DNA of 64,000 nucleotides from Antedon mediterranea (GCF_964355755.1 NC_092676.1:29406871-29470870), one strand, 5' to 3'. Numbered from the stretch's first letter, positions 38,501 through 50,345 are shown. The notes: a model not told the origin generated them from the letters alone. Numbers and translations: made by a program.

Positions 38501-41500
38501 TACCTTAATATTTAGTATCAGAACATTTACTTGAGCTATATATTACAGGATCAATAACGTCGCATTTCATGTTAACAGTCAGTCTGTTTTACAGTCTTTG
38601 TGATAATTCATGTTAAACATTCCAAAACATTAACCCATGCCATTAAATAGGTCAACCAATTGTAACCTTTTTTTTTAAAGAAATATGATAATAATATGTT
38701 AATAATTCTTGTGTTTTTGTCTTTCACCATTTTAAATAAATAAACTATTTGATTGCTTTGGTTTAAACCCAAGTGATTAATTGTTTATGTGTATTTTCCT
38801 GATTGTCCTTTCAGTGTACAGAGAATGATACGAGTTCCAAATGTGACATCAAATAAGCTTATATATCACATTGTGTCTGATCTTCCGATCGTCAGTGGGC
38901 CGTCATCCGTAACGGTCCTACCTGGAAAGGATGAGGAATGTGTCATTTTATTTTCACCATGGAAACGCGGTGTCTTCAGGGGCGTGTTATCGTTTGTTGC
39001 TGGTGGTACAGCTAATCTTAAGTGAGTCACTAATCAGTCTATTTTGGTATTTATCAAAATCTATCAAGCAAACTTTGACTATTTTCAATACTGCCTGATC
39101 AGTTCTCTATTTTTAAAGTTTTTTTATTACGCATCCAAAAGCAAGTACAAGCTCGTCAATTACAGTTACTATTTTATAATTTCTCATTTGAGGCTCGGGG
39201 AGTGGAGTTAAAAGAATCTTTAATTACAACCTTGGGATTGGAAGGCAAGCAAATATATTATATTTATAAAAAAGAAACTATTCTTACAGGGATACCAAAG
39301 CTGATGATAGTGATGTTGAGAGTAGAGGAAGCAGAGCCACCAGTGGAACCAAGAGGGCGTCTAGCGGTAAATCAAACAAAAGCCTGCCCTCATCGGCTGA
39401 AAGCTTACAGGACAGTGTTAGGGAAAACATGAAGGGATACAGAGTCTGGTACTCGGTCGAAGTTCAAAGTTTAAAACCTCCTCCCGAGAAGATACTTAGT
39501 ATTAGTTGTCCTGCTCAGGTACAGTAAAGTTACTTAAATTTTTTTTAATTATTTAAAACTTGTTAGTGTATATACTGTTAAACTGTTTAGCTTTTAAATA
39601 ATTTAAATTCTAATTTTGTCATTTTCTCAAGTCTACCACTATAAAAAAATTGTTTTTTTCTTAGTCGGCAACCGTGATGGAAGTAGAGATAATAAACCCA
39701 ACAACAGAACATCTGACCTTTGACATTCTGATTGAAGGTGATGGACTAAGAGGAGAAAGTGAACTATCATTAACTGCTGGACAAAAGAAAATGTATCAGC
39801 TAGTCTACTCTCCAGCTGTCATTGGTAAATCAAATGGAAGGTAATGTTTTGTCATTTTACTGAACATCAAAATAATTTATCTCCCAATGTAACACTACTT
39901 TAACATCCAATGTAACAGATGAGGCAGTTTAACACCACAGCCACCTTGTGTACTGCAGGCTGCTGGCTGCCGATGGTCCGTGGAGGGGCAAATCAAATTT
40001 TGCTCAGTTTCCAGTTTAGGCAGTGTGAGGACCAGTTTTACCATTATTCTTCTCAATATTTATTTCTGTTTTTTTTCTCTTCAGCCTGATATTTCAGAAC
40101 AAAGTAGTTGGAGAGTTTTGGTACAAGCTAAACTTGTCATCCAAAAGCCCAGGACCCACGGTGTTACCCCACATGGAGTGCGAGTTGGGTAAATGGAGTC
40201 GTCAGTTTGTGACACTCAGTAACCCAACTGAAGAAACTTTGGAGCTTATTCCGTCCTGTAGCAATACCAACAACTTTACTATTGACATTGAGTATGATAA
40301 TAAGGTATTGAAACTCCTTGTACTGTATTTGTTTGTTTACAATGGCATAACGCAGAGGGCCCCTGGTGTAGCACTCCTTGCTGTGTAGTTGCATTAGACT
40401 GCTCATGCTCTGGGGCCCCTGGTGTAGCACTCCTTGCTGTGTAGTTGCATTAGACTGCTTATGCTCTGGGGCCCCTGGTGTAGCACTCCTTGCTGTGTAG
40501 TTGCATTAGACTGCTTATGCTCTGTGGCCCCTGGTGTAGCACTCCTTGCTGTGTAGTTGCATTAGACTGCTTATGCTCTGGGGCCCCTGGTGTAGCACTC
40601 CTTGCTGTGTAGTTGCATTAGACTGCTTATGCTCTCTGGCCCCTGGTTTAGCACTCCTTGCTGTGTAGTTGCATTAGACTGCTCATGCTCTGTGGCCCCT
40701 GGTGTAGCACTCCTTGCTGTGTAGTTGCATTAGACTGCTCATGCTCTGGGGCCCCTGGTGTAGCACTCCTTGCTGTGTAGTTGCATTAGACTGCTCATGC
40801 TCTGGGGCCCCTGGTGTAGCACTCCTTGCTGTGTAGTTGCATTAGACTGCTTATGCTCTGTGGCCCCTGGTGTAGCACTCCTTGCTGTGTAGTTGCATTA
40901 GACTGCTTATGCTCTCTGGCCCCTGGTTTAGCACTCCTTGCTGTGTAGTTGCATTAGACTGCTCATGCTCTGAGGCCCCTGGTGTAGCACTCCTTGCTGT
41001 GTAGTTGCATTAGACTGCTTATGCTCTGGGGCCCCTGGTGTAGTACTCCTTGCTGTGTAGTTGCATTAGACTGCTCATGCTCTGGGGCCCCTGGTGTAGC
41101 ACTCCTTGCTGTGTAGTTGCATTAGACTGCTTATGCTCTGGGGCCCCTGGTGTAGCACTCCTTGCTGTGTAGTTGCATTAGACTGCTTATGCTCTGGGGC
41201 CCCTGGTGTAGCACTCCTTGCTGTGTAGTTGCATTAGACTGCTTATGCTCTGGGGCCCCTGGTGTAGTACTCCTTGCTGTGTAGTTGCATTAGACTGCTT
41301 ATGCTCTCTGGCCCCTGGTTTAGCACTCCTTGCTGTGTAGTTGCATTAGACTGCTCATGCTCTGAGGCCCCTGGTGTAGCACTCCTTGCTGTGTAGTTGC
41401 ATTAGACTGCTTATGCTCTGTGGCCCCTGGTGTAGCACTCCTTGCTGTGTAGTTGCATTAGACTGCTTATGCTCTGGGGACCCTGGTGTAGTACTCCTTG

Positions 41501-44500
41501 CTGTGTAGTTGCATTAGACTGCTTATGCTCTGGGGCCCCTGGTGTAGCACTCCTTGCTGTGTAGTTGCATTAGACTGCTTATGCTCTGTGGCCCCTGGTG
41601 TAGCACTCCTTGCTGTGTAGTTGCATTAGACTGCTTATGCTATGGGGCCCCTGGTGTAGTACTCCTTGCTGTGTAGTTGCATTAGACTGCTTATGCTCTC
41701 TGGCCCCTGGTGTAGCACTCCTTGCTGTGTAGTTGCATTAGACTGCTCATGCTCTGTGGCCCCTGGTGTAGCACTCCTTGCTGTGTAGTTGCATTAGACT
41801 GCTCATGCTCATGCTCTGTGGCCCCCTTAAGCTCTGGGGTCCCTGGGTGTGCCAGTAAGCACTCATAGCCGCTGTTTATCTGTCATTCTTTGAACTCATA
41901 TAAACAGTAGGAATCATGTCTATATTATCTTTTCTCTTAATAATTAATTCAACTTTATTCTTCAAGCTAAAAATCTCAACATATCTCTCTCTATTCATAA
42001 TTTGTTAAACTCCTACCAACTATATTCCTCACATTACAATCTGTAACTGCTTATCTCGTTCAACTTTATTCCTCAATAGTTAAAGACCGCAGGCTCCTTT
42101 GCTATAATAAAACGCCTACCAACTTTATTCCTCACATTAAAATCTGTAACTGCTTTATCTCATTCAACTTTATTCCTCAATAGTTAAAGACTGCAGGCTC
42201 CTTTGCTATAATAAAACGCCTACCAACTTTATTCCTCACATTAAAATCTGTAACTGCTTTATCTCATTCAACTTTATTCCTCAATAGTTAAAGACCGCAG
42301 GCTCTACCTCCATTAATTAATGGCTTCAAAACCTACCTATTACTACTGTATCATTTGCTTTATTCATCAATATTCATAAAGCATTAGCCTGAAAACTCAT
42401 CTATTTTTTCTTTGTTGTGATCAAAAGTTTAATTAATTACATTTGATTTTAAAGCATCTTGCTGTACCATAAGAATTGTTTCTATTAAAATAAATAATTT
42501 TAGTAACTCATGTTTGTGTTGTTTAGATTGTGTTGGCGCCAAATTCAACAATTGAGGTTCCGCTTCAATTTATGCCATCGTCGCTTGGTCAGAGTAATCA
42601 CACAGCTAAAGTGGCGTTCACCTGTCACCAGGTATAGTGTCACTTTATTGCTAAATATTAAAGCCTTGTCTACACTATCAAACTTTATGTGACAAAAAAA
42701 TGTCCTATTCAATTCAATTCAATAAAACTGTATTATCCCAAACTTTTATCCCAAATTCATTTGGTTGTGGTATACAAAGTTGAAACTGTATACAGTTTGT
42801 ATGTGTTTTGTTTTCTAGCTTGGTGAATGGGTATTCATTGCCTCTGGTACCGGACTCACTCCAGCGCCTCTAGATCCCGTGAGCGTTAGCGCCACCTTAC
42901 ACTCAAACACCTCGTTACTCATTCCATTTAGGAATCCAACCAATGAAACAGTTTTTGTTGATGTTGTCCTTACTGGTGAGTTAAAATAGCTTTCAACACA
43001 CAATAATGGTATAACAGTAAATGGCATGGATGAGATATATATCACCCACACCATCCCAGTCTTATTTTTGGTTCATTCATCCCTGGAGGGAAAATAAACT
43101 TTGCATTTAACAAATTTCATATTTTAGTTTATACATCCCTGGAGGAAGTGAAAATGAACTTTTGTTTTAACAAATTTTATATTTAGTTCGTAGGATTAGG
43201 TGAAGATAAATTTTGTTTTTAACAAATTGTTAATTTTGGTTTATATACATCCCTGAAGGTATTGAAAATAAATTCTGTTTTTAACACATTTTAATTAATA
43301 GCCTATAAATATTCATTTTGTTGCATGCATCATTAGATATTTTTGATTTATTACAAAATGTAGTATTGTTTGTTTTTTTGGATACCTTATTTCTATCCTG
43401 CGATGATTCATCATTAGCTATTGTAATGGCCTCCATGGAATTCTCAACAGTTTCATGAATTTTTGTATGTTAACTTTCAGTCTAGTAGTTTGTACTGTTT
43501 TTCATATTTTTGCATTGTTTTTAATTGTTTGTTTTGTGTCCCCTTAATAGGGGTTATACTGTGTAATACTATGAATTTGAAGTAATCATTTATGGTTTTC
43601 ACCAATCTATTTTATTTATTTAAATTATGTAAACTTTGTGTCACTGCTGGATGTGGCGTCCCAGCGAAAGTGATTGAGTTTGCTGTTGGAGTGCCGCCGG
43701 GGTCTAGCATGTTTGCTGTTGGAGTCCCGCCGGGGTCTAGCATGTTTGCTGTTGGAGTCCCGCCGGGGTCTAGCATGTTTGCTGTTGGAGTCCCGCCGGG
43801 GTCTAGCATGTTTGCTGTTGGAGTCCCGCCGGGGTCTAGCATGTTTGCTGTTGGAGTCCCGCCGGGGTCTAGCATGTTTGCTGTTGGAGTCCCGCCGGGG
43901 TCTAGCATGTTTGCTGTTGGAGTCCCGGGGTCTAGCATGTTTTTTATTTTATTGTTTGTATTCATTGTTTGTTCATGTGAAATCCGGAAAAATAGATTTG
44001 AATCATAAAACTATTGTTTTATAGTTAGGAGTACACCATGTATGAGGTTAAATACCTACTAGTACTACGTATGTGGTGTACTGCAAACTTGATATCAATA
44101 AAAAACCTACAATGAACATCATGTTTCTTTATTTTACAGATAACACAGATTTCCTTCACGCCAATCTAGATCACCTGGAAGAACGTAACCAAATCAATCC
44201 AGATTCCGCATTTTGTCTTCTTCTCAAACATTCCACTAACATTCAACTTGGCCCAAAAGCTACTCTAGATGTTCCGTTTACATTTGTCCCTGGTAACATG
44301 CGTTTGCACGAGGCACTGTGTGTCGTGTCAATCCGTCGTATAGACAATTCTGATTGGTTGTATGAAATGCCGGTCGATCCTAATCACCCTTATGGCCGAA
44401 GGTGAGGAAATCTTTATTCTTAATTGGTAGTAATGTTATTCTGATTTCTGCCAAATTAACCTACGGTAAGGTCACCAAAAGTTCAGACCATGATAACTAG

Positions 44501-47500
44501 GACTTAATAAGTGGGGTGAATAAACTGAGAAATTACTGCCTTCATCTCAAAGGTAAATTAACATAGTTTAGATGGGTTTTAAAAGGTTGAATATGGAATC
44601 TGTTCCATTTCTAATATTTCCAGTTGATGTCATTTGTGGCTTTTCAGTTCCAATTATTCATCTAGTTTTCTGTTAATTTAATTGAAAACTTCTTTCTCTT
44701 TGTATTTTTTTTGGACGAAAATAAATGTTATTTGAATTTAATAGAAAAATGCATGATGTGCTTCATAAGTTCCAATTAATTATTATTTTATTTTTTAGTG
44801 TAACCAAAGCTTTCCTACCTTATTATTTATACTTTTAATAATATTTTTATTAATTATTATTTATTTTTAGGTATGCGGATAAAGCGGACTATCGATCCGG
44901 TATGAAACAGATCCGCTGGATTTACCCAATACACGGAATCCCAGAATCCCTTCCAGTAATCGATCAAGGAGCTAAGATCAGCTGTCGAGCAAGAAGTCGT
45001 ATTGAGGAGTATCTGGAAGTTTCTCTGACGGGTGCTGTTCCAAGCTCTGCTACTGGTTACAGGCCGATAAGGACTAGATCGATCACTCCAGAAGATCTGC
45101 AGAGATCAAAAACAGAAGGTGTAATTGTTGGAGAAGGTAAAATCAACTATAAATTTGTATTTATTATTTTTATTATTATATATTTTGGCAAATTGCCAAG
45201 GATAACCATAAGCGAATTCATTCACTATGCTTCTTAAAGGAAGCAATCCTGTTCACAAGACAAACATACACAAGGTGCTCTACATAAACAAAGTCTTATT
45301 ACAATTCTTTGGGAGTGGAGTTGTAATTTGTCTTGCAAGAGTTGGTTGGAGAGGCATGCCTTTTGCGATAGTTGGTTGGAGAGGCATGCCTTTTGCGATA
45401 GTTGGTTGGAGAGGCATGCCTTTTGCGATAGTTGGGTTGGAGAGGCATGCCTTTTGCGATAGTTGGGTTGGAGAGGCATGCCTTTTGCGATAAAGTAAAT
45501 ATAAGAGCACTGGATGAAAAAAGATGTGTTCAGTTTGGGGAGGCATTCTCCCTGCAGTGGTGGCTTTGGGATGATTAAGATGGTATATATATAAATAATA
45601 AATATGTTTATCTTTAGGTAACAAGATCACTGAAGAGTTTTCATACAGACTGATTTATGGTAGTGAAGAAGAAGAAGCAGGAATGAAGCATTCTGTCTCA
45701 TTAACCCTTGTGAAAAAAGTTAGAGATAAACTAACAGGCATTGTGAATCTAGTATTCAATGTTATATACGCACCATTTAAAGTAATGAGGTAATTAAAAG
45801 TTACTTTTCAAATTCTACCTAGGTTGCCAAGGATAGCTATAAGTGAATTCATTCACTGTCTTTCTCAAATGTTATATATACGGTATATATAATATGTCCG
45901 ACTTCTGTCGTAAACGACAATGTCAATTAGTCTTACATTCATCTGAATGATGACTAAGCCAGGATTGTTTAAAGTACATTTGGCTGGTCCCAACATTGCC
46001 AGTGACCACCTTAACCAGAGGAGAGGCATAAGCAAATACGTCCTGAGGCAGATACTAGATGTAGGGGCTTTCTCAAATGTGGCAAACACGTTTACAAGAC
46101 AAACATACACACAAGATAAACAAAGTCTTATTACAAATGCTATATGTAGAGTTATCATGATAAAGATATTTAAGGGAGCTTGCGATTTGTGATGACCAAT
46201 GACCTACGACCAGGTCATGTCAATTCATTGTGTGAATACAAGAAAGTTAAGACATAATTTTGATTGGTTTTCTAGTTCCAGAAGGACCAGTCATCACAAA
46301 TTGAGAGCTTCCACTTAATTAAAAACAACCATCTTGGTTTTGTATAGGTACGATGTGCAGTTGTGTATTACAGCAACCACTGGCGGAGTCTGGCGTTTCC
46401 CTGTCACCTTCCAAGCCACGGAAGCCATCGTTGATGATGTCATCACTATCGAGTCGGTTGGTCTTAACCGTGAGTCCTCTGTAGGATTCAGATTAACAAG
46501 CCAAAGAAAGTAAGTGTAATGTATTATAATGTATTGCTTAATTTTGCATAGTCATAGTACATATTAGGCAAATGATTCAGATTTAGATTTATTTATTTGG
46601 TCTTTGCGGAAATTCATGACAGGCACAAACAAGTGAAGGGTTGATAATTAAGATAAATAAGTTTTTTAAATATTCTTAAGACAATTAAGAATGAATAAAG
46701 TTTTAAGAAATGTAAGTATGACAAATTGGATAGAAAAATAAATTGTTTATCATGACTTTTTAGTGGCAGTTTCATTGCTGTTGGTTGTGAACTGAATAAA
46801 ATTAAAATTAAATAAAAAAAATCTTCCAACTTGTTTACATATAATAATCCGTGCACAGCCATTGTTCAGTTTTTAGTAATAGAGTTTTTTTTTTAAATCA
46901 ATGGTATGTTCTTATTATATATAACATAAGAGAACAAATTGTTTTATGGGATTAGTTTGGGATTGCAATGCAGGATTAATGTAGTTATCTTAATGTTTAT
47001 TACAACAATTACAAATCCTAGATTTTGTAACAATCCTAAATTCACAATTTTGGATTTATATTGTGAAGTTTTTTGTTAGTCTCTATGTGACCATTATCGT
47101 CTCGGCCTTGTATGTTTGGTCATTTAAATGTAGTTATTTTAATGTTTATTACAACAACAATTACAAATCCAGGATTTCGTAACAATCCTAAATTCACAAT
47201 TCAGAATTTATATTGTAAAATTTTGTGTTAGTCTCTATGTGACCATATTATCCTCTAGGCCTGGTAGGTTTGGTCATTTAAAGTACTTGAGCTAATGTAT
47301 CCGTCACGCTTAGTGCATGTGTGAACACAGGTTTACCATAAAGTCCCATGTTTATTTGAATATTAATGTGCTTTTTTTCCTGTGATAGCAATTAGCACAC
47401 TGGAAGTTCAATTGTTACAAACCATCATCATGTAGTGTCCTCAATAAATGCCACCTAAATCGGTACCTAAAACAATGTTGTATTCCCTCAGTGGATGTAC

Positions 47501-50345
47501 ATCTAATGCTATCCAATTTCTAACACAGATTTAAAGTATAAGTGTAATTGAATGGTAATTATCGTTGTCTCGTATACTATGTTATTGTAATTCCCACAAC
47601 ATTATCCAATATTGGCGGTAAATGATAATCATTAGAAAGTATCTTCACACACAGTATAGATATAAACTTATTATTTTTCATTGAAGTCAACAGATAAATT
47701 CCTCTCCTATAGTATATTTCTTATAGTATATGTATTATTGGTAATACCTTAGTTGTGCCTTATAAACCCATTAGTGAACTTTCTTAGTGGTGTAACAGGG
47801 ATAAATAATTGACCTTGGAGGGAGGTTTAAGGGATATAAAAATGCTAGACACTTGCTGGGACTGTATGTATTACCCGTATGGTTCCAGGGGCTGCGACAA
47901 CTTATTGTGTTTTGGTTTCATTTTAATGATGCAGACCATGGGATCTGCTAAATAGATAACCAAGTTTTAACGTGTTTTAAACAACTTTAAATTGTTAAAA
48001 TATGTTAGAAGCCACTGTATTATTAACATTGCTGGGGGTCAATTAAAGGTCAATGCCTTAACAGCTGATATTATAAAAAGTAGGAACAAATTGTTTTATC
48101 TAATTTCAGTAGTGTTTACGACTTAAATATAATGGCAGTTTTAACATGCGGCGCGGCTTAACGCCATCTTGGGTATTTTATGTCTTGGTTAAAAAACCTA
48201 TAAAAATGTTCCTAGATGACATGATTTCCGATGACACTTAAGCTAAAGTACGTCATCGATAGTGAAATGTATTGCAGCCTTTCTTACATTAATTTAATTT
48301 ATTACTCTTGTTAGATTTACGACATAACATATAAAATTGTAATTTTTCATGTTTTATGACATTATAGTTAGCAAAGAACAAACGAAATTTGCAAATAAAT
48401 AGGTTATTAAAAATACTAAAAGACTACACAATGACCGGCACGATTGAAATATCATGTGAAATTTTTCAAATGGTACGCATTGCGACTGTGTTGAAGGTCT
48501 ATCATTATCTTCATTTTGGGAGGGTTGATGACAGACACATTTTATACTCTGTATTCTTTTTTCCGAAATAAAATGAAAGACGAACATTATATCGACTATA
48601 GATACAGTCACAAAAAATTGATCAGAATGGTACATACTTTGATGCAGACGCAGATTACTTGACTGTTGTGAAATGAAAGCGTGGTTATGTGGACTTTACA
48701 TGTTGTTAGCAGCGCGATATTTACATCTCCCTGTTTAATATCACATTGATATTGAAAATTTAAAAAAATCGGAAAAGCTACCTAAACTTGTAAATGTTGT
48801 GACCAGAGTGTGAACTTCTCAGTCATTGGTATTTCATGGCCAAGGGAATCGTTTTGTTTGTTGTTGTTTAATTTAATACTTCTCTGGGCATTTGAATGTC
48901 TTTGTGAACTTCAAAGTTGACATATTGATGTATCAGAATTTCCTCAATGTATCTTGCTACATTTCACAAATATGCCCACAAGTTTATCTTGTTTGCTTAC
49001 AAAAAAAAATTATGATTTATATTTTGTTTTTAAAACTTTGTTGAGAAAATGTTTTACTAAATTATTTCTTAAATATTTATTTACTATTCTCTGCTTTTTG
49101 ATATTTAATCAATCTGTGTACAATTACAAATCTTGTTCAAATATTCAAATATTCTTTATTCATCATCAATCATGAAAATATACAGCAATATATGAGAACA
49201 TAAAATAAAGATGAAAAGGAAACACATAAAAACTCAAAAGAGCTTGATTAATTGTGTCCCCCTACGTCCCTAACTAGCCTAAAAACTAAAACATAAATAA
49301 TAAAAAAAGCTAAATCCTGCAACAAGTATTATTTTAAAATTATTTGTAAAATGATAATAAATGTTCTTTAAACAATGATTTATGCTAGAAGACATCACCC
49401 CTCCCCCCCAAAAAAACCCCAAATAAATGAAAAACAGTCTTACAGTACGTAGGGACGGAACAAAATGTTGCCATGGCCATAGTCTATATATTTCCCCTTG
49501 TTCATTTCACAGCAAAGTATCCCTTTAATTACATAGGTGTGTCCCAAAGAAGGGTGTACTCTACTTTATTCAATTTTATGGTTATTTGCTTTAATATAAG
49601 ATGGAAATTGAAACACTTCTGTTTTATCGATAGACATCCGACGTTGTTCAACGCTTACTTTGTGGCTGGTAGTGATCAAGAATTCAGCGTAGCGCCACAA
49701 ACTGGTGAATTACAGCCTCTGGGAACTAAAGGCACACTCATTCAACTAGCATTTACTCCGAAGGTTTACGGCAAAAACTATCAGGCTAAACTTGTTATCC
49801 AGGTGCGTTATATTTAACTATTTGTTTTACTTATTTAGTAGTCACTGGTTGGAGGTACACAACTAATAGGTGACAGTGGCTTAGGCTGCTTTTGTGCTTT
49901 CCTGGCAGCTAGTGACTATGATTTTATTTGTTCTTCTTGCGTTGTGCTTGTTTAATTTGTTGATTTGTATTACATTTTGTAAAATGTATCTTTTGCCTGA
50001 ATATATATAATAACAATAATTCATCCTACTTTCAACAACAATGTTTGTTAGATTCAGGGAGGGTGGTGGGTTACATTTTGGTTGATGTATGATTATAATT
50101 AAAACTGTTTTTTATTTTAGACATCTGATATGCAGTGGACATATGATTTGATTGGCACGACACCAGAATACACACCGCCCTCAGGCCAATCACAGAAGCC
50201 AATTGCAGGGCCGCATAACGCGCCTTTAAAAAGAGGAAAACATCGCAATTTTGTGCGCGACAACTTACAACTTACTACCACGGCTGTCTCGTCCCCCGTG
50301 AAAGGAGCACCGATTTTAGGAAACATAAATTTGTTGGATATCTAG
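13415..50345 (+). CDS. CFAP47: Cilia- and flagella-associated protein 47, complete, about 3283 aa, 50 exons
   Basis: Exons: 13415-13573, 13771-13922, 14138-14345, 15094-15140, 15327-15555, 16007-16313, 16475-16745, 17191-17348, 17575-17797, 17912-18064, 18321-18424, 18747-18926, 19270-19373, 19651-19763, 19937-20070, 20969-21079, 21605-21735, 21999-22121, 22394-22603, 22813-22963, 23177-23746, 24024-24222, 24557-24778, 25305-25579, 25993-26239, 26545-26775, 27156-27378, 28885-29077, 30777-30874, 31099-31215, 31991-32125, 32729-32992, 33265-33547, 34432-34689, 34988-35437, 35596-35801, 36034-36177, 37896-38014, 38815-39021, 39290-39518, 39665-39840, 40085-40304, 42527-42631, 42819-42975, 44140-44401, 44871-45136, 45618-45789, 46348-46509, 49634-49802, 50121-50345. 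The sum is 9852 nt with consistent phases. It encodes repeated ASH/PapD-like beta domains and a calponin-homology region (ERILLAWLNHYY...NFDYDLLDGLVLAALL...AEQCLHNA). Confidence 0.9.
14361..14890 (+). mobile_element. 5'-truncated CR1-clade LINE (reverse transcriptase C-terminal region plus 3' tail)
   Basis: Translates to ...WNPYLQKDINVIERVQRRATKLVP...YEDRLKLLGLTTLYDRRIRGDLIEAYKIVK...TRGHHLRFFK...FSQRVINHWNSLPADVV, followed by a short 3' UTR and a (TAAAC)n tail at 14863-14890. Confidence 0.9.
18503..18720 (+). mobile_element. tRNA-derived SINE
   Basis: A box tggcttggtgg, B box ggttcaagtcc (18557-18567), body shared with copies near 1500, 33600, 45185 and 45820-46140, A-rich tail. Confidence 0.85.
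18947..19090. mobile_element. MITE family 1 (PIF/Harbinger-like)
   Basis: TIR agctctgtctacactatcaaact / agtttgatagtgtagacagagct, TTA on both flanks. Confidence 0.92.
19438..19597. mobile_element. MITE family 1
   Basis: Degenerate left TIR, intact right TIR, TAA on both flanks. Confidence 0.85.
20123..20386. mobile_element. Two adjacent MITE family 1 copies
   Basis: Left TIRs at 20123 and 20285, right TIR remnants at about 20251-20272 and 20365-20386. Confidence 0.85.
20427..20958. repeat. 45-bp minisatellite, about 12 copies
   Basis: Unit tattcataaattgtatttcaagacatcctacatcttcactatcatcac. It ends about 10 nt before the acceptor AG at 20967-20968. Confidence 0.97.
22193..22325. mobile_element. 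MITE family 1, right end missing
   Basis: Left TIR agctctgtctacactattaaac plus caaatatggtagtgatat core. Confidence 0.8.
23840..23975 (+). mobile_element. Helentron/HINE-like fragment
   Basis: accaagtttgaag followed by a ggacagacagagagag microsatellite and a short terminal segment. The pattern resembles HINE/DINE-like ends (inference). Confidence 0.35.
24282..24437. mobile_element. MITE family 1
   Basis: Both TIRs intact, TAA on both flanks. Confidence 0.92.
24845..25109. mobile_element. MITE family 1 with internal 21-bp repeat expanded to about 7 copies
   Basis: Degenerate TIRs. Unit gtgcccaaatatggtagtgat is repeated at 24888-25037. Confidence 0.88.
27433..27562. mobile_element. MITE family 1
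   Basis: ggctctgtctacactatcaaac / gtttgatagtgtagacagagct. Confidence 0.9.
28192..28678. repeat. 98-bp tandem repeat, about 5 copies
   Basis: Unit ctttttaatgtatttacatctatacatttaattgtttcaatgactgtg...ctagttgtgattataatatt. Confidence 0.95.
29115..29347. mobile_element. TTAA-flanked fold-back element (piggyBac-like MITE candidate)
   Basis: TTAA|ccaagacaaac ... gtttgccttggg|TTAA with nested inverted arms, including a perfect 13-bp pair at 29184-29196 and 29282-29294. Confidence 0.55.
29658..29830. repeat. Degenerate 21-bp minisatellite
   Basis: Unit gttgaacattatgcatgatca, about 8 copies. Confidence 0.85.
31735..32022 (+). repeat. 43-bp tandem repeat spanning the CFAP47 intron 30 / exon 31 junction
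   Basis: Unit ttgatccccag|gctatagatataactgatcctaatccaatat. Exon-start copies begin at 31735, 31777, 31820, 31863, 31906, 31949 and 31991. Confidence 0.92.
33600..33813 (-). mobile_element. tRNA-derived SINE, antisense copy
   Basis: Reverse complement of the 18503 SINE: tttaggcaaattgccaaggat...cattcactatccttctta...gctcttcataaacaaa, B-box-like tgatttgagcc at 33749-33759. Confidence 0.8.
33765..34411. repeat. 54-bp minisatellite, about 12 copies, derived from the SINE head
   Basis: Unit cccttgacttggtagtcacgcaccacctaagctacaactccactccacttaaca. Confidence 0.97.
36659..36778. repeat. 30-bp minisatellite, 4 copies
   Basis: Unit ttgattattggaatgggatgatacagttta. Confidence 0.95.
38025..38147. mobile_element. 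MITE family 1
   Basis: agttctgtctacactatcaaa / tttgatagtttagacagagct, TAA on both flanks. Confidence 0.9.
38166..38427. mobile_element. Tc1/mariner-type MITE remnant
   Basis: cagtagaacctct...aaggaca and tgtccc...ggggactactg(ta) ends. Similar remnants lie near 21470-21548, 26260-26450 and 51120-51297. Confidence 0.5.
40357..41826. repeat. 56-bp minisatellite, about 26 copies
   Basis: Unit ggcccctggtgtagcactccttgctgtgtagttgcattagactgcttatgctctgg. Confidence 0.97.
42012..42305. repeat. About 104-bp tandem repeat, about 3 copies
   Basis: cctaccaact starts at 42012, 42115 and 42219. Confidence 0.9.
42662..42705. mobile_element. MITE family 1 left-end fragment
   Basis: agccttgtctacactatcaaactttatgtgacaaaaaaatgt. 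Confidence 0.75.
43678..43942. repeat. 33-bp GC-rich minisatellite, 8 copies
   Basis: Unit gtttgctgttggagtcccgccggggtctagcat. Confidence 0.96.
45183..45338 (-). mobile_element. tRNA-SINE 3' body, antisense
   Basis: ggcaaattgccaaggataaccataag...gttcacaagacaaacatacacaaggtgctctacataaacaaa is the reverse complement of about 18585-18690. Confidence 0.85.
45340..45492. repeat. 30-31-bp minisatellite, 5 copies
   Basis: Unit agttggttggagaggcatgccttttgcgat, abutting the SINE. Confidence 0.93.
46978..47280. repeat. About 150-bp diverged tandem duplication
   Basis: aatgtagttat...ttacaaatcc...gtaacaatcctaaattcacaatt...gttagtctctatgtgacca...gtttggtcatttaaa occurs twice. Confidence 0.85.

Noticed and set aside
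40357-41826. Regular arrays resembling CRISPR
   Set aside because: No unique spacers, no cas genes, and the context is a eukaryotic intron.
43592-44024. Three overlapping repeat ORFs (VGVPPGSSMFA and others)
   Set aside because: A 33-bp minisatellite open in several frames. CFAP47 exons 44 and 45 join in frame without it.
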